From: Cystobasidiomycetes sp. EMM_F5
Lineage: Eukaryota
NCBI GenBank assembly: GCA_051047955.1
Contig: JBPGPT010000026.1
Coordinates: forward strand, 62,001 to 126,000
Direction: 5' to 3'
DNA length: 64,000 nt
A model generated the notes under the pieces. It saw only the letters and a program-made list of their open reading frames with translations, was not told the origin of the DNA and made no database searches. The number at the start of each line of letters is the position of its first letter. Within the stretch, counting starts at the first letter, position 1. A program made the translations under genes and the position numbers. Below, one piece after another: positions 52,401-64,000 of the stretch.

Positions 52401-55400
52401 CACCATCATTCAGCACCCCTGACCGCGCAGAATCGCGGCAAAGGCGTTCAGAACCCTCCGCCTGTGCACGACGAGCACGACCACAAAGAATACTCGGACG
52501 AGGAAGAAGAGTACGCCGAGGATGGCGATGAGGACTATGATGATGATGATGAAGGTTCGTATAGTTTGCAATGCTGCCACGAGAATGCAACATTGACATG
52601 TTTACGTTGTCTACAGAATACGATGAAGAAGATGAGATGGAAGAGCAAGATAGTCTTCCTCCGCTCGAAGGTATGGATAGCGGTGAGGAAGACGAAGTCG
52701 ATGCTCCGTCTCCGCCTCTGCAACATAATCCGCATCAAGGCAAGCATGTTCATCGCACGCATACTCAGCCGCCTGCCAAGTCACGTATAGCAAGTGAAGC
52801 GCCCCTCCCTCCATCTGATCGCAACGCGGTCGCGGCCACAAAGAAAGCTGTCCCCAAGACTGCGACTGATCCAGGTGACGATTTCTTTGGGTTCGGCTCT
52901 TCCTTGACCGTCAAGGGTGAGTCCAATTGAAATTTTTCTCCATACAAGTGTGAGGGCTTTCTCTGAGTCGTCCTGATGTTTGCTCCTTGTTTCTTTCGCT
53001 ATCTTTGTGTATATTCACTCGGTGGCTTTTGCTGTTATCGCTTTCTCACTAAGGAGGTATTCTCACCGTTGCCGACGATTTGCTCAAGAATGACGGGCAA
53101 AAATTCCTCGAAATGATGGAGAGCTTGGCCGACAAGCGTATCCAGCGCGAGCGCGAAGCGGCCGAAGGCCTGTTAGACGACGAGGATGAGGACGATGATG
53201 AAGATGACGATGAAGAGTATGACGACGATGAAGGTGAGACACGAGCGTACTTGTATGAGGCCACCCGCATGCTAATGTGCTACATGTTTTGGGCAAACAG
53301 AGGATGAGGAAGAAGTAAATAGCGTTTCATCGAAAGATAAGCATATTTTGACGCTTACTGATTCTCCGTTCTTCCCTTAGGATGATCTCGATGACGAAGA
53401 GGGCGACGAGGAAGTCCTTACAGAAGAGCAACGTATGGAAGAAGGTCGACGGATGTTCCAGATTTTCGCTGCAAGAATGTTTGAGCAACGCGTTCTTTCC
53501 GCATATCGGGAAAAGGTGTCTCAGGAACGGCAGCTGCAGCTACTACGTGAGCTGGAGGACGAGGACCGAGCCGCAGCTGAACGTGAGGCGAAGAAGGCCA
53601 AAGACGCTCAGAAAAAGAAGGACAAGAAGAAGTTGGCCAAACAGGCAAAAGATCAGGAGAAGCAGCAAGCAGATGAGGCTCGTGCAGCAGCCGAAGCGGC
53701 AGCGAAGGCCGAGGCAGAAGCAAAGGCAGAAGAAGACCGACGTCGTGCTGAGGAGCAGAAGGCCAAGCGGGAAGCCGAGCGCAAGGCTAAAGAGCTGGAA
53801 GCTCAGAAGCGCGAGGAGGCAAAGAAAGTCAGACTTGCTGAAGAAGCTCGCAAGAAGAAAGAAAGGGAGGAGAAGGCTCGAGAGCTGAAAGCCGCTCGCG
53901 ACAAAGAAGAAAAGGAGCGCAAAGCAAAGGAGGAAGCTGAGCGTAAGGCCCGACAAGAGCGTCAAGAAGCTGAACGCAAGGAGCGTGAAGAGCGGGAAAG
54001 ACAGAAGCAGGAAGCTGCAAAGCGTGAAGCGGCCGAGAAGAAAAAGCAGGAAGAAGAGCAAGCTGCAAAGGAGGCGGCAGCGAAAGCGGCGAAAGCGGCT
54101 GCAGCCGCAAAGGCAGCAGCAGCGGCAGCCAAGCAATCAGCTGCTACTGCTCGCATCGTGTCCGCAAAGACTATTCCCGGCCTGCCGAAGCCCCCTGCCG
54201 GACCGGCCGTCGCTGCTGCGACACCGTCTCAGTCGCAGCTCGAGGCTTCAACACAAGGTATGGCCTCCAATGTGCTACCAGCCCATCCAGGCTTTACGTC
54301 TGCACTGGCTTCCGGTCAAGGCAAGACTTCACAGCATTCTGCCAGTTCAGGCCAACCTCGTACCCTATCTGGAAGTGCTCCAGCTTTCAACAGCGCTACT
54401 GCGGGTACACCGTCTTTGGCTGCGAGACCCAACCCACCAGGCTTTTCGCCAGCAAACGCATCACAGCCAGCATACCTTCAGCAATCCCCGGCTTTCAGCT
54501 TTGGATCTGTTGCTGCTATACAGACGCCTGCCTCGCCATCCGTCCAGACGCGAGCCTCCTTGCAGCAGCAGAATGTCCAGTCTAGCCGACACTTCAGTCC
54601 ACACGTACAAAGTTCGAATGTTCCACAGCATGCAGTGAACGCCAATTCCCACAATGCCAGTCAATCGCAACGTGCCTTCCCGGCATTTACATCCGGTATG
54701 GCTAATGTGACTTCAGGTCATCCGCCTTCCGTTGGTCGACCAGTTCCGCTAGGAGCAGATTCGAGTAACTACAATAATTCGTCTCCTCAAGGTGTCGGAT
54801 ATGGTCCCCCACATGGTGCCTTTGCTCACAGTACTGGATTGCAGCATACAGGTCCGACTGGATCCCAGACTGTCAACGGACTAGGCTATCAGCACGCACC
54901 GTCAGGGCTTGCTGCACTGAATATGGACTCACAGGTAGTTGCACGTTCCGCTGCACCATCAAGTACGCAAGCCATCGGGGTCTCTCCGCAGGCTTCGAGC
55001 AGCATACACAGCAGCAGTGCTGCCCCAGGACACGCTCGGCGAGCCTCGAACAGTGTGCAACCCATTGGTCGCCCTAGGCTTGGCGATGGCAGCTTTCACG
55101 CTGGCATGTCGGACTTTGAGAGCACGCTCAGCTCCTCTGCTGGCGACAATGATGACATTTTCCCAATATCAACGTCTGCCAGTCTACGATCGATATCACC
55201 ACCTCCTGTTGTTCTCGGTTCTGGCTCACTACTGGATGACATGGTCGAGGAGGACGATGGGCTTAGCGGAATGTCGCCAAACACTAACCGATTTATGCCG
55301 CCTGCTCCATCGACTTCGTCATTCTTTGGTAACAGTGTATTTATGCCACCCGGACTCGGTTCTATCGGTCGTGCGCCTACTGCAGCTGCTGAGGACATCT

Positions 55401-55825
55401 GGGCTAGCGGACCGTCAACGAGCGACATTAGTCCGGGCAAGCGGGGAGGAGTGAGCGTGGCAACCACTGCTCCCGGATGGACTGCGCCCATCATTGCGCC
55501 GGACCGCGTCTCTGTCATCAGGGATCGCGCTCGTATCGCCTACATGCACTTTGATACGTCATCTGGACGAGAGGCGTACCCTGTCGCTGATGTCTACCGC
55601 GTCTTCCAAGCGCTGTACCCCGACTCGACCAGCGTGGATGTCAAGGAGTTTTTAGAGGCATGCGTCGTACCGGGCAACGCAACCAATGGCGGCGGATCCT
55701 TCAATTTCCAACAGAGTGGACACATGCTTCTCATGCTCTACTCGCCAACCAAGCTCGGCATGTACGGACACCCGGATCAAACTCACCAGAGTCATCATCC
55801 AAACGAGCCGATAGGTGCCCGTTAG
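49481..55825 (+). CDS. NST1: Stress response protein Nst1
   Basis: [80 protein letters not shown]. Confidence 0.93.
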
Positions 55826-56390
55826 CTTCAACAGATTCGTAGCTGCCGTTCCCTTCTCATCACGCTCACTCCGTTGTCCAATTTCCCCGAAATTTAAAAC
55901 ACTTGACCTCGGCTTTCGTTATTGTGCTGTGTACTGCCAGTGTCTGTGACCTTGTCCTTGTCGCCGTTTGTTGCCTTTGCGCTGTTTGTGCTCCACCTCT
56001 GCCTAAACTGTACAGTTTGTAGAGTGCTATAAAGTCTGAAAAGCGCCGTCTGCTTGCCTCTGGAGTGACTGATTTGACTGGACACCCAGCGAGCCTCCAG
56101 CTGAACTGGCGACGGAGGGAGGGCAACATCGCGACACCCCAGCCAGCTCAGCAGTGTCCAGCAGCCCAGCACCCAGCACCCAGCCAGCCTCTGTCGCCCC
56201 CATTCAAGAGTCGGACGAATTGGGTTTCGTTTCCGGCGAGCACTGCAGTCCAAGCGAGTTCTGACTGGGATCCACTGGTTGGTCTCTCTCGACAGTATCC
56301 CAGTGACGCTCCAGTCTCATCCACCGCTGTCGCCCCCGGCGAGTGCTTAGCTGCATCTCGCGTCGTGTCCGTTCAATCCGACTTTCAACA

Positions 56391-57510
56391 ATGTCTGGCT
56401 ACAACTCGTTTGCTCCGGGCACTTCACTCGCTCTACCCGTCGCATCATCAGGACTCTCGTTCCCATCAGCCGCAGCTTCAAGCTCAGCCGGTCCCGGCCC
56501 ATCGACGACGGGGTTTGTGCTGCCACCCCTACCGACTCCTGCCAAAGCGCCCGATGCGCCCGTAGCTGGATCATCCGGTGCTGGCACGGATGCTGGCAGC
56601 GCTCTGCAGGTAGCAAACACGCCGAGTCACGGCATTACGCCCACTTTGCAGTATGCCTTACCATTCTGCAGCTTTCCGTGAGCTGGCGAGGACTGAATTC
56701 GTCATCAATCAGAAACATCGTAGCGACCGTCAATCTCAACGTGAAGCTCGACTTGAAGACCATCGCTTTGCGTGGGTTGTCCATGGCAGGCTGATGCATG
56801 TTGGCAAAGCGTTTATGCTCATTTGCTTCTTGTCCCTTTGGCTGTTGACAATGGCATGTGCGGGTGTTAGACGCACGAAATGCCGAATATAACCCAAAGG
56901 TAGGCGGACAGTGTCTGTGTGGACGCGCTAGCTATTCTAAACGGTGATCGTTGGGTGGAATAGCGGTTTGCGGCAGTCATTATGCGAGTCCGGCAGCCAA
57001 AGACTACGGCCCTCATCTTTGCGAGCGGCAAGATGGTCGTGACGGGAGCAAAGAGTGAAGATGATTCGAGATTGGCGGCTCGGAAGTATGCCCGAATTAT
57101 TCAAAAGCTCGGGTTTGAAGCGCAGTTTAGCGACTTCAAGATTCAAAACATGGTAGGGTCATGCGATGTCAAATTCCCCATTCGCTTGGAAGGTCTCGCA
57201 TTTTCGCACGGTCATTTCTCAAGCTACGAACCAGAGGTGTGCAGAGTCTGACGCGGCACTACCCGGATTGCACAAGACTGACTTTGTTGTTGCACCAGCT
57301 GTTCCCCGGTCTCATCTATCGCATGGTCAAGCCCAAGGTCGTATTGCTGATCTTTGTGTCTGGCAAGGTTGTCCTCACGGGTGCAAAGGTACGCTTCCTG
57401 AATGTTACTACCTCAGCGCAATCACATCTGACATTTGTTATCAGTTTCGAGAAGATCTCAATGACGCATTCAACAACATTTACCCAGTCTTAACAGAGTT
57501 TAGAAAGTGA
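56391..57510 (+). CDS. SPT15: TATA-binding protein
   Basis: [54 protein letters not shown]. Confidence 0.98.
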
Positions 57511-58274
57511 ACGAGCGGTGGTGATGCCATTCCACTGTTCTTGACGTCAAGCTCATGCTTTGCCCTTCGAGGACGGCATGCCAAACCTCCATGCCATGAT
57601 ACGAGCATTTACGATTGCATGCTCTTTGATGTATCATTGCAAACCCAGACAACCATGACAGCGCATCCATCGTTGTATGTAACGGTGATGCTCTGTAATT
57701 GAATGATTGTACCCTTGCAGCCTGCTGTGTTGGCGGTTTATATAGGTGACACCCAGTCGGCACTAGCCCTCTGGCAGGTATGCATCCATCGATATCCTGC
57801 TCGTCAATATTGCGGGCAACGTATATCCGAGTCTTGCGACGGCCTTGCTGGTGCTGCTGGCAGCTTGGACGCCCGCCTTTATACGCTGAGTCTGACGGGG
57901 ACGTCGAGCTAACGAGTGACGAAAAGCAAAGAAGCCAATCCGCATTCTCAAGCTTATTGTAGTAGCGTGCATAGTTTGCCTGTGTTAACGCAACCTACTA
58001 ACGTTTAGGTAGGCCCGGCTTTACCAGTGAAAGTTTCAGAGCGGGGCATGTTTACATTCCTCAAAAGCATGGACGAGGAGAAGATCCCCAGAGGCTCTCC
58101 AAATGCCCTTCCTTCCTTACAGACCCCATTCTGCTGTACGGCATCGCTGGTCTGACGATTTCTACGCATCTTAAACACATCTCTGCCCTATTTATTTGTT
58201 TCGACGGCACCGCTGCCTTCTACGGCACCATACCAAGATACGAGTAGCCTGGCAACCAATTTTTGATTGCAGTA

Positions 58275-59654
58275 ATGCAATTATCTCACGTACTGCCCAA
58301 GCGGGCGTTTGAAAAACGAGTGCGTCTATGTTCAGTTTGAGCTGCCGCCGCATACTTCTGACCTAATACTTCCGCATCGCCCACAGCAACAGTCTGCAAA
58401 CTCAGGCGGAAGTGCTTCTGGAGCTGGAGGAGATTCCAAGTCTGGTCCGTCATCATCGCCTACTGCCTGGCAGGCGACCGCCGAATCTACAACCTATTAC
58501 CTTCGTCCAGCCGAGACACCCTCTTCTGCTGACCCGCCTGCATCATCTCCAGCGCCTACGCCATCTAGCTCCTGGCAAGCGCGCGCTTCATCCTCAGCTC
58601 CTGCATGGACAACTCCTTCATCGCAACAGCAGCAGCAGCAACAACAAACTCAGCAACAACAACAATCGCAGCAGCAGGCTTGGACTCCTACCTCGTCGCC
58701 CAGTGACGGAAACAACGGAAATACGTGGCAAGCTAGTCCGAGTCCAACTTATAACGATGGCCAATGGACGCCATCCTCCGCCGGCAGTCAGAATACTTGG
58801 GCGGCATCGTCAGCTGCTCCCTCGGGAGGAACAGATGCCGTTTCCACGGGTGGGAATGGGGCATCGAGGGCAGGAAGCAGCTCTGCCGCGCGAGCGTCAT
58901 CAGTCAACAACGGCAACGCTGCTGCAACAGCCGCCACCAACGCAGCGGCCACTGTCATAGCCACAATGGCTACCGCAGCTTCTGTCGTCTCGAACGGCAT
59001 TGCTGGTGTCGGGAATGCTTCGTCAAATCAGAGTGTTGACAGCTCTGCGTCTACAACAGGCAAGAGTCCGCTGAGCAAGGGTGCCGTTGCTGGCATTGTC
59101 ATTGTCGTCCTCCTGGTAATCTCTGGAGCGGTGGGTGCAGCATTATGGCGACGACGCAAACGACAGCAAGTCCAGCTGGATGAAGATAGCAGTAAGGGCC
59201 TCCTTTCTAGCACAACCACATCACTCTCGCTAAAAGTACATCTACAGTGATGGCAGAGTTCTCCGGTAGCCAGACCCAAGGCTTCGTTCACTTTCGAGAC
59301 GATGCTAGCTCCCGCACACTGGCAGACGCGACATCCGCACCGGCATCGACATCGTTATTCCCTGTAAATCAGAATAACGACCGCGATGACACGTCTATCT
59401 ACTCGATAGAGGAAGACGCTCAGAGACAAAGGCCCGTCTCTGATTATTATGGTCACCCCGGCATGATGCAGCCTAGTCTACCGCCGAGAGCTATCACGCC
59501 CCCCTACTCACCAACCCCGAGCGTTTCGTTTGCGTGGCATCGAAATCCCAATTCTTCCTCGAACGAACATGTGAATATGCAACCAGCTTGGGACGGTGGG
59601 CTCGATCGGTCGCGGAGCCTCATGCACGAAAGTCACGGGTATAGTCGCTACTGA
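58275..59654 (+). CDS. Ser/Thr/Gln-rich single-pass membrane protein (Mid2/SKG6-like architecture)
   Basis: Low-complexity ectodomain, LSKGAVAGIVIVVLLVISGAVGAALW TM followed by RRRKR, and a disordered tail. Start codon uncertain. Confidence 0.7.
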
Positions 59655-59773
59655 GCCCGATCTAGCTTTTGGCGTGTAGCCCATCTGACGCTATACCCGG
59701 CTGTCCTGTGTAGCAATACATGATCGTAAACAATGCACGCGACGCTGCGCTGCGCTGATCGCATGAGTGCATG

Positions 59774-61502
59774 TCAAGTGGTTTTGGCCTTTTGCAGGCG
59801 TGCTGCGAGAGCCTTGACCGCATTGCGCTCGGAGTACAGCCTCGGATGGCATTGGCCTCAGCTTTGGAACGGCCCGTACGTGCACTTTGTGCTTACCCGA
59901 TACATGCGCAGGGCACGAAGCAAGCGATGCCAATGGCTACGTGCTGGCACAACCCAGTCAGCAGACGCCAATTCAGATTATTGGCAGACCAGCGCAAAAG
60001 AGGGGTCATCGCAAAGGCGGATAAGACCGTCCACTTTGCCTGCAGCAGGCTTTTGGTGATCTCCGCCCGTACACCTTGATGTTCCGTAAAGCTTCGAATG
60101 AAGAATGTGCTGTATACGATTCGGCACAGCATCGCGATGCCATTGGCATAGATGAGCGCCTCCTCCTTCATGCCAAGTATCGCAACGAGAATATAGGTAC
60201 TGAGGCAGTAGATTCCACTGAAGACCAGTAATGCCCAGCTCATATTGCCAAGCTGCTTTTGGGTAGCCACGGCTTGCACGAAGGCCTCCAATACTCCGTT
60301 GAATCCTAGTAGCGGGAGCAGAAACAAATACCGCTGCAGAAGAGCAGGAGCACTTGTAGACATCCAGCGAGAGCCACGCAATACGTGATAGAGGAGAGGT
60401 GTTGTGTAGAAAGGACAGAAACACACAAAGACAATACCAAGATATGATTGCAGCGCCAGAAGCCGCTTAAGCAAATTGATACCTTCTGTTACGTTCCTCT
60501 TGGACGAATCTTTAACGGGCTTCGCGTCTGTTCCGATATGGCTTGCAACGGTCTGCGAGTAGAACATCCTGGAGGATTCCTCTAAAGGTTGGAACACGAT
60601 CCGTGCTATTAGCGAGCCTATTCCACAGTGATCAGTCAATACTTTTGTGCAGAATTCAGACTGCTATCCTACCATAATTCAATGCTAAGCCATATCCGCC
60701 TTGATCTTGTATAGGACTAATGCGCGACACTATCAGCTTATCACCTTCCGTCAAGGCTTGCTTGAAGAACGATTGCTTTGTCAGTGCGAAGGCCAACTCC
60801 AGTGTTGGCCGGTCAAATCCGCTTTCAAGAGCGAAAAAAGTAAGCCCGATTCCGGTCAATACCGAGTAGTAAGTCTCACGATGTTGTACTGTGGGCGATG
60901 GCTCGGTCAAAGTGCCACCAGTACCGTAGCAGCATGATTACGGAATATGTACATTGCCCGACCGCAAAGGCCAGTAGCGCGAGCCTATCACGTCCATACA
61001 AGATGACGGCTAAGGTAGCCACAGCACGGCCTATGACGGCGCTGCCTTCGATGGCTACTCTTAGCCTCACATTCTGTGCTACCTGCGCTCGATTAAAGTA
61101 GGGCTCGGCAGCGAGTTCGATACATGTCGCGAGGCCGTACAGCAGTACGGCAGGGGAGAAGAATGGTTGAAGATGGACCGCAGCGGAAGTGTGTCTCGCA
61201 TAGTAGGAGAATGCGGTCAAAGATAGCGGTATGCCCAGACCGAGCGGAATCAAGGAGATCCTTGCGATACTGCCTTCAGATGTCTGGGTGCCTTTTGTTC
61301 TCAGCAATGCGTTTCGTATGCCTTCGCGCGTTAGGAAAAGTACAGTGTTGAGCAGCGGTTCCAGCTGTATTGTCGCCGTGCCAAAAGCTGCTGGTGTGGT
61401 GAAAGAGAGTAACGCTTGGTTCAGTGCAAACGTAACGAGCCTGGAGCCTAGTTGAAGCAGCAGTAGCAATGACGCGGTGCTAGCATTGGAACTAGCCGGC
61501 AT
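59774..61502 (-). CDS. RFT1: Man5GlcNAc2-PP-dolichol translocation protein
   Basis: LQLGSRLVTFALNQ, LFLTREGIR, IELAAEP, KQALTEGDK, QGGYGLALNYGSLIARIVFQPLEE, NGVLEAF. Last exon uncertain. Confidence 0.93.
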
Positions 61503-61676
61503 AATCCGGTGAAAACGCTTCTGGTCGAATCGCTTGAAAGCTAGGCGGTCACGATTCTCGTTTGTACGCGAGACGTTAATCGAATATGTAACTGCGACAG
61601 GTTGGGTACAATAACCAACAAACTCAATTGCCAAGACTACTACTGTATGATACTGCAGCCACTGGGCAAAGGGCGA

Positions 61677-63072
61677 CTAGACAAACTCTGTGCGAAGGGA
61701 AGAGGACGGCAATCCTGCTGGGTGGCCGTTGACAGGAGATGTACGTCCCGAGGGTGCTGGTGTATACTCCGAGTCATGATCCACTTTGTACATGTACACT
61801 GCCAGATCCAACAGTCTTTGCGAGTAGCCGACCTCTGTTGAGGATTGTACATGATCAGAAATAATCTTCTAGAACTGGCCGAATGTTGCAATACGCACCG
61901 TTATCGTACCAGGCAATGATCTTGGCTGTAGTTGAGTTGAGCATCAAGGTTGCTGCCGTGTCGACTATGCAGCTTTGCGTCCAGCCCAAAAAATCGTGAC
62001 TGACGAGCTCCTCATCGTTTACAGCAATGACATCCGTGAGCGGACCCAATCTTCGCATAGTTCGACCCTCTGCAGCGTCTCGCAAAGGTTGCAGCAGCTC
62101 CTCCTTGGACGCGATGGGCTTGCTGAAAGTTACGCTCAAATCGACCATTGAGACGTTATTGACTGGGACGCGCACGGATATGCCGGTGAACTTGCCATCA
62201 AGTTCCGGCAGGACAAGTCGAATAGCAGCAGCAGCGCCTGTTGTGCTTGGGATGATGTTTGTTGCGACAGCTCGGCCTAATCGCTTGCTTTTTTTGTTGA
62301 ATCCGTCCAATACCTGATTGGACGCAGTGGACGCATGAACCGTCGTCATCAATGCAGATTCAATGCCGAAATTGTCGTTCAGTAATTTTGCTAGCGGTGC
62401 AAGACAATTCGTCTGTAGGCATAACAGTTTCAGCATTAATTTATCGGTATGGCTATTGGTCCAGTAACGCACTGTGCAGCTCGCGTTGGATACGACCTCC
62501 ATGCTAGGATCATATACTCTCCTGTTCACGCCAACGACGATGGTAGGCGCATCCTTTGATGGAGCGGAGATAACGACCTTCTTTGCTCCTCCTATAATGT
62601 GTTTTCGCGCAGATTCGACAGTCGTCATCTTGCCAGTACATTCTGCGATATACTCTGCTCCTGCAGACTTCCAGTCGATGAGAGTAGGGTCTCTCTGGCT
62701 GAACAGGGCGATACGTCGGCCTCGAAAGAACAGAGCGCCATCCTCGATTGACAGATCTTTTGAATGTCGGCAGATACCATGCGTAGAATCGTACTTGATG
62801 CCGTGCAATAAATGATCAAGTGATGGCGCTGTGTGATTTATTGCAACAACTTCAAGACCAAATATCAGTCGCGTCCCTTGGTTCAAGTGGCGACTGCAAA
62901 GTCACCTAGGAGATCACTTCGGTCGAGCGAAGCACGGAAAGCAGCTCTGCCTATTATTGACAGAATCTCAGCTCGTCTCGTCCTTGCTTCATGGATTTGG
63001 TCACCCACCTATTCTTCCAAAGCCATTGATGCCAATGCGGCACGGTTGCTGACTGCCGTTGCTTATTGCCAT
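61677..63072 (-). CDS. Glyceraldehyde-3-phosphate dehydrogenase, divergent paralog
   Basis: RIGINGFGRIGR, KYDSTHG, ECTG, ISAPS, catalytic SNASCT|TNCLAPL, IIPSTTGAA, WYDNE.GYS. About 30-aa C-terminal extension. Confidence 0.93.
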
Positions 63073-63446
63073 TCTTTAGGTATTACTGCAGCCTTGTATG
63101 GTTGAGAATGTTCGCGCGTGAGTCGAAGAATGCAGACGAGCCAAAGAGCTGCCAGAAAACTTGCGTACAGCTGCAGCCCGGCAGCTCCGAAATGGCCCGG
63201 TGTGGGGAAGAGCGGACGAATCCATCTCCGTCCCCGGCTGCAAGCATCCGAGGGGCGCAATTCGGGTTGTAAGAGGTTCAGCTTGCAAGGATAGTCACGG
63301 GGAACTTGGTGTCAGCGCAGTCTTCGCTCTTGGGGTAACATCAGAGATTGCTGCTGTTGTTGCGTTTGGCCGAAAGTTTCGGATCCTGCCTTGCCTTGCC
63401 AGCAACAACGACAGACCGAGTGTGCATCGAGTACCATCAGCATGCC

Positions 63447-64000
63447 ATGACTGACGTCCAAGCTGGCATGCTGGGCGGCTATGCCGTCCAGTCGACTTCT
63501 GCCCGTCTGGCCGCTGGCACTGATGGGGAGCACGAAGAGCACCCTGTGTTCTCAGACGACGAGGCAGAACAGCCAGACAGCGAGCACAGCCATTCCCTGC
63601 ATTATCATGGTCACCGTGCAGCTACGTTCGTCTCGCACGATATTGACGAGTTGACTGAGCTGAGGGCTCGCCGTGAGTTGACGCATGAGGACAATCTGAA
63701 TATTACAGCAACCACCGTAGCTGAGAGCGACACGGCTTCGCTATCTATGACTCTGCCCGCATACTCTACAGAGCGCACATTCGAAGGGGCATACCAACGG
63801 ACGGCTCTGGGAATGGCGGCCTATGCCATCATAGTCCTCAAAATCTTCTCCGACGCCTTCGCTGCCAGTAAGCCAGCAAGCCTCACTCTGCCATAAAGTT
63901 ACCAACTCGCACACACTTTCTCTCACTCTCCCTACTTTTTTAAGTCGGCATATGCTACGTCGCCATGGCTGCCCTGCTCTTGATCGTTTCTTACGTTCGC
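63447..64000 (+). CDS. DUF202-like membrane protein (3' end outside window)
   Basis: Spliced ELTELRAR|QRTFEGAYQRTALG..YAIIVLKIFS followed by TM helices. Confidence 0.7.

Noticed and set aside
53543..54136. Long antisense ORFs (Leu/Phe/Cys-rich) opposite NST1, SEC16 and others
   Set aside because: Shadows of low-complexity Lys/Glu/Gln codons on the coding strand.

Overview
Gene-dense, intron-rich fungal nuclear DNA. Short GT-AG introns with CTRAC-type branch sites and the protein sequences suggest a basidiomycete, possibly a Pucciniomycotina yeast (inferred). I reconstructed about 30 spliced protein-coding genes by hand. Most are housekeeping: DPH6, a GRE2-like reductase, a RasGAP, GPAT, AP beta-adaptin, INH1, ATP14, ADE13, SEC12, a NIPA-type transporter, SFT2, CTP1, HEM4, a secreted carboxylesterase, AUR1, GCV1, SEM1, SEC16, NST1, TBP, RFT1 and a divergent GAPDH. 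No rRNA, tRNA, CRISPR array or transposon was recognised. The best candidate for novelty is a three-exon gene at 12187-12827 whose N-terminus is invisible in the ORF track. It carries both terminal motifs of animal Death-Associated Protein (DAP1/Dap1b, a ribosome-dormancy factor), making it a candidate fungal ribosome-hibernation factor. Other points of note are a GT43 glycosyltransferase, head-to-head INH1/ATP14 genes, a GAPDH lacking the NAD-selective Asp, and a 6-nt microexon carrying the GPAT catalytic Asp. Exon boundaries are manual predictions and no database searches were run.
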